Assembly: GCA_035760825.1 (NCBI GenBank)
Contig: DASTSF010000436.1
Location: forward strand, 1 to 35,325
Source of the DNA: Bacteroidia bacterium
GTDB taxonomy: Bacteria; Bacteroidota; Bacteroidia; Palsa-965
Direction of reading: 5' to 3'
DNA: 35,325 nt
Positions 14,419 through 21,563 of this stretch are shown here, one piece after another. The notes beneath the pieces are model-generated. The model searched no databases. It was not told where the DNA came from and saw only the letters and a program-made list of their open reading frames with translations. Both the position numbers and the translations under genes were made by a program. Positions within the stretch are counted from its first letter, which is position 1, and each line of letters opens with the position of its first letter.

Positions 14419-15991
14419 TCATTATTTTCTGCCCGCCGGTGGCAACGCCATCCACGAACATCCTGCAGAAATAAATTCCATCATCCAGCTGCGAAAGATC
14501 GAGCGATGCTGTCGTCGCTGCGGACTGAATCATCGTTTCACTCACACATTTTCCTGTCATATCATAAATGCGGACGCAACCTGTTTTTCCTGCGTCGAGC
14601 GAATAAGAAACACTTGCTGTTCCGTTATTCGGGTTGGGGGAAATGCCGAACGCGCTTTTTGATGTAAGTTCATTTATTCCCGTTGGCACACATTGCGAAA
14701 CCAGGCCACCGCTGTTCTGGAGCGAGACCGGCGTTCCGCAGATTCCACCCGACCCGGTGAGCGTGGGCGCATTCACGGCGACGATCGCCTGTGAAAAGAC
14801 ATTCGTTAGCGGGCTTGTTTCATTGCAGCCGGAGCTGTTGCCCAGCGAATCGGTTTTGATCATGTAAAAATCGGCCCCGCCCATTCCGAAGCTGGTGGTA
14901 TAGCCCGCAATGAGGAAACCGCCGTCGTTCGTCTGCTGCACCGACTGGCACGCGTCGTTTCCGCTGCCGCCATACGTCTTCGACCATTGCGCATTCCCGT
15001 TGCGGTCCGTTTTTACGAGATAAACGTCCGTGTTCCCGGCGCCGAAGCTTTTTGTATTCCCCGCGATGATAAAACCGCCGTCGCTGCAAAGGTGAACGGC
15101 ATAGGCTTCATCGGCCGATGCGCCGCCGTAAGTTTTCGACCAGGTCACATTTCCGCCCGCGTCGGTGCGAATGAGCAGCGCATCTTCTCCTTCCGTTCCA
15201 TAGCCGTTTGTAAAACCACCGATGATATAGCCGCTGTCGGAAGGAACCTGCTGCACCGACCATCCATGATCATCGCCTGGGCTGCCATAGGTTTTCGACC
15301 ACTGGAGGTTGCCCGACACATCGAATTTCACGAGGTAATAATCCCATCCTCCCGCGCCGAAGCTGTTTGTTTCTCCGCCGATGATATAGCCACCGTCGAT
15401 TGTCTGCTGAATGAAATGTCCGTGCTCATCGCCTGCGCCGCCGTAGGTTTTCGTCCATAAAAGATTGCCGGCAGAATCATTTTTCATCAGGTAAACATCG
15501 TCGCCGCCGGCGCCGAAGCTTCTTGTGTAGCCGGTGTGAATGTACCCGCCATCGGGCGTTTGCAGCACTGCGTGTCCTTCATCCCAGTCGCTTCCGCCAA
15601 TGGTTTTTGTCCATTGCAGGTTTCCCGCCGGATCCGTTTTGATCAGGTAAACATCTGTGCTGCCCGCACCGAAACTGTTTGATCTTGCTGTAATGATGAA
15701 CCCTCCGTCTGTTGTTTGCTGCACAAAACAATCCACTTCGTCCCCGTTCGCGCCGTATGTTTTTGTCCATTCTATCGCACCGAGCGAATCTGTTTTCACG
15801 AGGTAAATATCCCATCCCCAGACGCCGTAACTGGTGGTCCAGCCGACAATGACATAACCGCCATCTGTCGTTGTTTCGGCGTAGATCGCCTCGTCCTGTC
15901 CCGGACCTCCGATGGCTTCGTTGATTTTCGTTTGTGCACTTAAAATGTGCGCCGTAAAGACCACGGCAAGGAGGGTGAGCAGCTTTTTCAT
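14408..15991 (-). CDS. T9SS-sorted secreted protein with seven tandem ~48-aa propeller-type repeats
   Basis: Start re-set to the ATG at 15991 (MKKLLTLLAVVFTAHILSAQ signal peptide). Seven repeats follow the pattern YGGxGxDxxxxVxQTxDGGYIIxGxTxSFGAGxxDxYLxKTDxxGNxxWxKT. The C-terminal type-A sorting domain is SPNPNNGTASVSYSL...GIYFCRMFVDG...KIMITR. Confidence 0.8.
   Translation of the reverse strand: MKKLLTLLAVVFTAHILSAQTKINEAIGGPGQDEAIYAETTTDGGYVIVGWTTSYGVWGWDIYLVKTDSLGAIEWTKTYGANGDEVDCFVQQTTDGGFIITARSNSFGAGSTDVYLIKTDPAGNLQWTKTIGGSDWDEGHAVLQTPDGGYIHTGYTRSFGAGGDDVYLMKNDSAGNLLWTKTYGGAGDEHGHFIQQTIDGGYIIGGETNSFGAGGWDYYLVKFDVSGNLQWSKTYGSPGDDHGWSVQQVPSDSGYIIGGFTNGYGTEGEDALLIRTDAGGNVTWSKTYGGASADEAYAVHLCSDGGFIIAGNTKSFGAGNTDVYLVKTDRNGNAQWSKTYGGSGNDACQSVQQTNDGGFLIAGYTTSFGMGGADFYMIKTDSLGNSSGCNETSPLTNVFSQAIVAVNAPTLTGSGGICGTPVSLQNSGGLVSQCVPTGINELTSKSAFGISPNPNNGTASVSYSLDAGKTGCVRIYDMTGKCVSETMIQSAATTASLDLSQLDDGIYFCRMFVDGVATGGQKIMITR
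14830..15915 (-). repeat. Seven diverged in-frame tandem coding repeats (~144 nt each) inside the propeller-like gene
   Basis: Repeat boundaries were read from the protein. Each repeat ends in W(T/S)KT followed by (Y/I)G. Coordinates are approximate. Confidence 0.6.
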
Positions 15992-16141
15992 GTGTGTGGT
16001 GCTGGTAACGTACAGTTTATTCCACGTCCGCGTGCAACCGGACGCCCGGCCATAACAATAATATCCAGGCAAAAGGAGGTGTTACTCCGGAGGCATTAAC
16101 GCCACACACCGGCGTTTATTATCCTTCAATGGTTTTATTCT

Positions 16142-16792
16142 TTATCCGTCGAGCTTTCCCAGGATCCGTTTTCTTTCTTCCTGCATGAACGTCGTCAGCT
16201 CGCGCGTGAAATCGTCCAGCTCTCCCGTGCTGCTTCTCACGTGGGTGATCACTTTCTGCAGCTCGCTGCTGTTCAGGATTCCGCCGTCGCCTTTTTCGAG
16301 AAGCTGTATAAGACCGAGGCAAGTGCACAGGGGTTTCCGTACGCGATGTGAAACCATTTCCAGCATTTCCTCGAGCGCGCTGACGTAATGAAGAAGTTCT
16401 TTTTCCGTCTGCCGGCGGGTTTGCTCACGGCGCTCAATACGCACGCGAACAATTTCCAGGAGCGTTTCCGCATCGAACGGTTTGGTGATATAATCATCCG
16501 CACCGAGGCTCATCCCGGTACGACGGCTTTCTTTATCTGCATTCGCTGAAAGGAAAATAAAGGGAATGCCTGCCGTCTCCATCCGGTTTCCGAGGACGCG
16601 GCGAACTTCAAATCCATCCATCTCCGGCATGGAAATGTCGCAAAGAATAAGATCGGGCTGGTTTTTTGCCGCATACCCGAGTCCCGTTTTTCCGTTGCCG
16701 GCGGCAATCACCTCGTAATTTCCAACCCCGAGTATCTCCGCTATGTTCTCACGCAGAACCGGGTTGTCCTCTATGACAAGGATCTTTTTCAT
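16142..16792 (-). CDS. Response regulator receiver domain fused to a HisKA/DHp-like helix pair, with no ATPase domain
   Basis: 216 aa. REC features: KILVIEDN, phospho-acceptor D52 in LILCDISMPEMDG (codon 16637-16639), and ITKPF. The C-terminus carries the H-box MVSHRVRKPL (H149, codon 16346-16348) and a second helix. The ORF ends 70 bp before the next gene, so no HATPase_c is present. Confidence 0.85.
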   Translation of the reverse strand: MKKILVIEDNPVLRENIAEILGVGNYEVIAAGNGKTGLGYAAKNQPDLILCDISMPEMDGFEVRRVLGNRMETAGIPFIFLSANADKESRRTGMSLGADDYITKPFDAETLLEIVRVRIERREQTRRQTEKELLHYVSALEEMLEMVSHRVRKPLCTCLGLIQLLEKGDGGILNSSELQKVITHVRSSTGELDDFTRELTTFMQEERKRILGKLDG

Positions 16793-16877
16793 GTTTCAGA
16801 ATAAGGTTCATTCTTTCCCAGGTCCTTTTCGTACACGAAAAGAAACCCGGATGCATTTACCATTGGGGGACAACAGC

Positions 16878-16906
16878 AGAAACGATTCAGGGGTTCGTTT
16901 CTTTTT
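16878..16906 (+). terminator. Terminator-like hairpin oriented for the plus strand, between two minus-strand genes
   Basis: AGAAACGA-ttcaggggt-TCGTTTCT, an 8-bp stem, followed by TTTT on the plus strand. On the minus strand an A-run precedes it and only GCTGTTGT follows. Confidence 0.4.
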
Positions 16907-16989
16907 TAACGTGTACAAAGATATGAACACAATACGCCACCCGCGCTGATATAGCTCAGGAGAAAAAAAAGAAATTGTCAGCTGCGGGT

Positions 16990-18276
16990 TCAGATTCTGA
17001 ATGCGAGCACGGTAATGTCGTCTGTCTGCCCGTTCTCGTCCTGCCAGGCCAGCAACTGCTCTTCAATGAGCTGCTTCTGCACATGCATGGGGCGTTGGCA
17101 AACTTCCTTCAACAGGGAAAGAACACGTTTCTGTCCGAAACGTTTATTCTCCGCGCTTCCAAGCTGGTCGGTGAAACCATCCGAATAAATATAAAGGCGA
17201 TCGCCCTTCTGAAGATTTATTGTCCTGGAAGAAATTTCAAACTCGTGCGCGCCTTTATCCCCGATCGTGCATTTGTCTTTTTCAAGTGCGATAACTTCTC
17301 CGTTGCGCACAACCACCCCGCGCATGCGCGCAGAGGCGTACGTCATTTTCAGCGTTTTCTTATCGATGCAGCCGATCATCAGGTCGGCCGATTCCAGCAA
17401 ATGCTTTTTACGGTCGCTGTGCGTGATGCGGTTCAGCTCGGTGTTCATTTTACGCAGCGTTTCTGCCGGGTTCCTGCAGCCTGCATCCGCCAGCCGGTTC
17501 AGGATGCTGAGCGCAAGAACGGAAATGTACGATGCCGAAACACCGTGGCCCGTGCTGTCGCCCACGGCGAACGTCAGCTTCTTTTTATCCTGCCGCACTT
17601 TGTAAAAATCCCCGCTGATCATCCGGCAGGCCTTGTAAATAAGAAATGAATCTTCCTCCGCCTCGTCACGTTCATCGTTATTGTTGAGGATCGTTCCGTG
17701 AATGTATTTCGCGTAACCGATGCTTTCCATCAGCTCCCGGTCCATTCTTTTCTGCGCTTCGCGCAATTCTTCTTCCACTCTTTTCTGTTTTGTAATATCA
17801 TACCGCACGCTGATGTAGCGTTCCGGTTTTCCGTTCTTTCCCATCACCGGCGCGATCGTCGCCATCACCCAATAGGCGGAACCGTCCTTTGCACGATTTT
17901 TTATTTCACCCTGCCATACTTTACCACTGCCGATCGTTCTCCACATTTCCTTAAAAACAGATGAAGGCATGTCCGGGTGGCGGATAATGCTGTGCGGCTT
18001 TCCCATTACCTCTTCCATGCTGTATCCCGCGACCTGGCAGAATTTTTCATTCGCATGAATAATGTTCCCTTTCAGATCGGAGATGGTGAGCAGCGCCGAC
18101 TGGTTGAATATCTCGAGATGGCTCAACAGCTCTGCGCGGATCTCATCGGGGCGGTCGGGAATGCAATCTGTTCCGGGAACGAATTTTTCCTGTACAGGTG
18201 CGCCCGGGAAAAACCCGGCGAGCGCCCGCATGATCTGGGGTTGCCTGAACTCGGTGATGGCTGAAAGAAATGACAT
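16990..18276 (-). CDS. PAS domain-containing PP2C/SpoIIE-family serine phosphatase (RsbU-like)
   Basis: PAS domain: SALLTISDLKGNIIHANEKFCQVAGYSMEEVMGKPHSIIRHPDMP...GEIKNRAKDGSAYWV. Coiled linker. SpoIIE domain: FAVGDSTGHGVSASYISVL ... LYIYSDGFTDQ ... QTDDITVLAFRI. The start is either ATG 18276 (MSFLS...) or ATG 18330. Confidence 0.85.
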   Translation of the reverse strand: MSFLSAITEFRQPQIMRALAGFFPGAPVQEKFVPGTDCIPDRPDEIRAELLSHLEIFNQSALLTISDLKGNIIHANEKFCQVAGYSMEEVMGKPHSIIRHPDMPSSVFKEMWRTIGSGKVWQGEIKNRAKDGSAYWVMATIAPVMGKNGKPERYISVRYDITKQKRVEEELREAQKRMDRELMESIGYAKYIHGTILNNNDERDEAEEDSFLIYKACRMISGDFYKVRQDKKKLTFAVGDSTGHGVSASYISVLALSILNRLADAGCRNPAETLRKMNTELNRITHSDRKKHLLESADLMIGCIDKKTLKMTYASARMRGVVVRNGEVIALEKDKCTIGDKGAHEFEISSRTINLQKGDRLYIYSDGFTDQLGSAENKRFGQKRVLSLLKEVCQRPMHVQKQLIEEQLLAWQDENGQTDDITVLAFRI

Positions 18277-18412
18277 GATGCTGGGGTATAAAAAATAAGT
18301 GTCCGTTACTGCGTGCTTTTCACACCGCATAGGTACGGCGGACCGGAAGGGCGTTCAAAACACGATTACCGTGAATTGCAACAGGTGTAAGATTTCAGGT
18401 CTTTTTGTGAAA

Positions 18413-18451
18413 TGAAAAATCCCCGGCAGCGGAACATTGCCGCCACCGGGG
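18413..18451 (-). terminator. Rho-independent terminator after the 599-aa lipoprotein gene
   Basis: On the minus strand: CCCCGG-TG-GCGG-caatgtt-CCGC-TG-CCGGGG, 10 bp with a 2x2 internal loop, followed by ATTTTTCATTT. Confidence 0.65.
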
Positions 18452-18484
18452 AACACACCGCCCGGAATAAATTTTATGTGGCGT

Positions 18485-20284
18485 TTATTTTTCCACCCCG
18501 TAATCACAGAGGCAACCGCCACCTGAATTCAGCGCACGCGTGTACCAGTCGTCGACCAGGCTTTCGTCTTCGGCTTTTTTCTGCGGAGGCGCATTGCCCA
18601 ATGCTTTCGCGAGCTCATCTTCCGTTCCGGCTTTCATTGTTAATGATTCAACCGCATTTTCTCCGAAGACGATTTCCTTCAGCGCATAGCGAAGCTTGTC
18701 GCCTGCGCCGGAGCGCACGAGGATGTATCCCTTTTCTCCTTTGGGATAATAAGCCGACTGCTCATATTCCCCATGCGTGAAAGAATAATCTCCGTTCGGC
18801 CGCCTGTATCCCGGAATGTGTATTCCCTGTGACGGAACCATCAGCGTTACCTGCGGATCTTCATCTTCGTTCACTCCGTCCACGTGCGCATTCAGAAAAA
18901 ACGGGGCCGCCCCGGCCGTCGAATTGTGATAGAGACAATCCACATTGGCCCAGCCGAGTTTTTTCATTCCGAAGGAATACGATTCTTCCGCCGCTTCCAG
19001 CGCATGCACCTTTTTCGAGTAGCTTCTGATCGCTTCGGTACGTGCGGCGTCAAGCGCTGCTGCTGTTTTCGGATCTTTCGGATCGATATTGTCCTGCTTT
19101 TTATTTCCGAGAGCACGAAAAAAACTTTCCAGCGCGCACCCGGATTTCTTCAGCAGATCGGCCGCGGCAAGGTCGCTTTTCCAGAGCTCGCGTGTGGGAA
19201 ATGATGTGTAACAGTCTATAACGCCTGCATCACAGCACTGGCGGATAAACGGAAGGCGCGAGCGGAATTCGGCCGTTGCAATATTCGTGTGCAGGAATTT
19301 TTTGTCGGTGAGATCGAGTGTTGTTTTGTTCCCGTTCCTGTCATAACCATTGGACGCCAGGACGACATTTCCTGAATCCGAAAAAAAAGTCGCTTCATCA
19401 TCTTCAAAAAAACCGTTCCTTTCGTAACGATTAAGCACTGCGGCAACAGAATCTCCGCCAGGCATCCCGGTTTTCCAGCGGAAAACAGTGTCCGCAGCGT
19501 TCGCACCCGGTCGATTCACCACTTTGTACGCCCGCATCAGCGATGCACCGGTAATTATCCCGCTCCCGTTCCCACTCCAATAAGAAAAGCCCCAGGATGC
19601 GTGAATTTTGGTCGCGATATGATCGGACCTCTTTTCCTTTTTTGCGCCGCTTTGCGAAGAATCTGCGAGCGTTTCCAGGGGAACTTCCCGCAAACCATTG
19701 TTCAACTGCTGCGGATTCGTCCACGTGATGCTGCCATCTGCATTTGTTTTTCCATCCCACAGCATCATTCCGTTACGATGATGCGCCGCAGGAATTTCCA
19801 CATCGAGCTGCCTGCCGGCGGCCAGCTGAAGCGAATCGCCGTTTTCCGCAAATGCGCTGATGCTGATCATTCCCGCGGTCTGCAGGATTCCCTGGTCGCT
19901 CATCGTTCCGAGGTTCATTTTCATGATGTCCGCATCTGCAATTCCCTCGACGAGCTCGAGCTTCACTTTTCCCTTCACGGCATTTCCGTTTTTATCCGCG
20001 AAAGCGTGGTCCGGGATGAAGATCATCGTGCCGCAGTTTCCCGTGATCACCTGTGAAGCGGAAGCGCTGACCTTATACTGCTGCTTCATTTGTGCAGGAA
20101 CATTCACCGCGGAAAACCGCGGACGGAATTCCGCCGGGTGGCGCGTACCCGGAGCATTGCGCACAGGAACCGTTGCCGACAGCGGGATGCTGTTGTTCGT
20201 TTTCGTGGTGGTGGAATGAGTGGCGGTAAAATACACGACGCACCCTGCAAAGAGCACGACTGCCGGGATTATTATCTTTTTCAT
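18485..20284 (-). CDS. Hypothetical 599-aa lipoprotein/secreted protein
   Basis: ATG start. MKKIIIPAVVLFAGC is a signal peptide with a lipobox. No motif I recognise. It is transcribed divergently from the ECF sigma factor gene. Confidence 0.65.
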   Translation of the reverse strand: MKKIIIPAVVLFAGCVVYFTATHSTTTKTNNSIPLSATVPVRNAPGTRHPAEFRPRFSAVNVPAQMKQQYKVSASASQVITGNCGTMIFIPDHAFADKNGNAVKGKVKLELVEGIADADIMKMNLGTMSDQGILQTAGMISISAFAENGDSLQLAAGRQLDVEIPAAHHRNGMMLWDGKTNADGSITWTNPQQLNNGLREVPLETLADSSQSGAKKEKRSDHIATKIHASWGFSYWSGNGSGIITGASLMRAYKVVNRPGANAADTVFRWKTGMPGGDSVAAVLNRYERNGFFEDDEATFFSDSGNVVLASNGYDRNGNKTTLDLTDKKFLHTNIATAEFRSRLPFIRQCCDAGVIDCYTSFPTRELWKSDLAAADLLKKSGCALESFFRALGNKKQDNIDPKDPKTAAALDAARTEAIRSYSKKVHALEAAEESYSFGMKKLGWANVDCLYHNSTAGAAPFFLNAHVDGVNEDEDPQVTLMVPSQGIHIPGYRRPNGDYSFTHGEYEQSAYYPKGEKGYILVRSGAGDKLRYALKEIVFGENAVESLTMKAGTEDELAKALGNAPPQKKAEDESLVDDWYTRALNSGGGCLCDYGVEK

Positions 20285-20396
20285 GGCTGGATTGTTTTCC
20301 TCTTAATACCGGCAACCCGCAAAAGGTAACCGCGGCGGTGAAAAAAATTTCTGCTTAAATGGGTTACCTTTCGGTTTCACCGGGATAAACGGACAG

Positions 20397-20957
20397 ATGA
20401 GCGCATACAACAGCGAAACGGAGCTGCTCGCGGGCCTGCGGAAAGGGGAATCCGCCGCCTTCCGGCGCGTGTATGTGCTGCATTATAACATGGTCCGCCA
20501 CCTCGTCATCAGCAATAGCGGCAGGGAAGAAGATGCGAAAGATCTTTTCCAGGAGGCGCTCGTCGTTTTGTTCGGGCAGCTGTCCGGCGAAGCCTTCACG
20601 CTGAGCTCTTCGCTCAAAACATGGCTGTACGCCGTCTGCCGCAACAAATGGCTGAAACAGCTGGAGAAAAACAAACGCAATGTCCGCTTCACCGATTTTG
20701 AACCGGCGGAAAACATTTCGGTTCCTGCAGAAAAAGAGGTCGACGAACACCATTCTTTGCTTCGCAAAAGCCTTGAACAGCTTGGCGTGCAATGCAGGAA
20801 GCTGCTGCTGCTTTTTTATTACTTCCACAAAAGCATGGACGAGATCGCGGCTGAATTGCATTACACGAATGCGGACAATGCGAAAGCGCAGAAATACAAA
20901 TGCCTGCAGAAGCTGAAAAGCATTTACAGACAAAATCCTGCTGCAGATGGCCATTGA
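20397..20957 (+). CDS. ECF-type RNA polymerase sigma-70 family factor
   Basis: 186 aa. Region 2: DAKDLFQEALVVLF...SLKTWLYAVCRNKWLKQL. Region 4: CRKLLLLFYYFHKSMDEIAAELHYTNADNAKAQKYKCLQKL. Confidence 0.9.
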   Translation: MSAYNSETELLAGLRKGESAAFRRVYVLHYNMVRHLVISNSGREEDAKDLFQEALVVLFGQLSGEAFTLSSSLKTWLYAVCRNKWLKQLEKNKRNVRFTDFEPAENISVPAEKEVDEHHSLLRKSLEQLGVQCRKLLLLFYYFHKSMDEIAAELHYTNADNAKAQKYKCLQKLKSIYRQNPAADGH

Positions 20958-21510
20958 TGAAAACACATACGAGCTGATCGACCGTTACCTGCAGGACTTG
21001 CTGAGTGCGGAAGAACGCACAGCGTTCGAATCACGCCTGGAACAGGATAGTGAATTCCGGGAGGAAACAGGTTGGATGAAAAAAGCAGTCGGCGTAGTGA
21101 ACGATCTCGGTCGCGACATCCTGAAAAAGCAAATTTCCGCAGCGATCTCCGGCGTACCTTCCTCTGCATTGGAAAAATACAGGCCCTCGCTTAACGGGAA
21201 ATCGTTTTTACAGAAATGGTGGTGGGCGATCACCTGCGGCGCTGTCGTTCTTATTGCCGCTGTTCTTCTCTTTCTGCATTTCCGCCATCCGGCGATTCCC
21301 GAAAAACAAACAGGAGACCGGCCGCTGAAGCAGCAGGACACCGTGAATGTGGTTCCGCCAATAAAAGATTCCGTTTGTGATTCGATGCCGGAAAGAAAAA
21401 CGGACAATGCCTCTTCCGGCTCTGCACGAGATGATGAATATGAAAAACGCGCCAAACCCGGGAACAGATCATCCAACCGGTTGAGGCCCCGCCAGGAAGA
21501 AATGAAATAA
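20947..21510 (+). CDS. Putative single-pass anti-sigma factor
   Basis: It overlaps the sigma gene by 11 nt. The N-terminus IDRYLQDLLSAEERTAFESRLEQDSEF is typical of Bacteroidota anti-sigma N-termini. One TM helix (WWWAITCGAVVLIAAVLLFL). Short low-complexity extracytoplasmic tail. Confidence 0.65.
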   Translation: MAIDENTYELIDRYLQDLLSAEERTAFESRLEQDSEFREETGWMKKAVGVVNDLGRDILKKQISAAISGVPSSALEKYRPSLNGKSFLQKWWWAITCGAVVLIAAVLLFLHFRHPAIPEKQTGDRPLKQQDTVNVVPPIKDSVCDSMPERKTDNASSGSARDDEYEKRAKPGNRSSNRLRPRQEEMK

Positions 21511-21563
21511 GTGGTTCTTTACAATTGAATCCGGCGCTGCCGGTGACGGTTGATTGTCCGCAG

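Noticed and set aside
16975-17649. A 224-aa plus-strand ORF
   Set aside because: It is antisense to the PP2C domain of the PAS-SpoIIE phosphatase, and the minus-strand frame has the catalytic motifs.
20364-20966. A 200-aa minus-strand ORF exactly mirroring the sigma factor gene
   Set aside because: The plus-strand frame has clear sigma-70 region 2 and region 4 sequences and is coupled to an anti-sigma gene. The mirror ORF is a compositional shadow.
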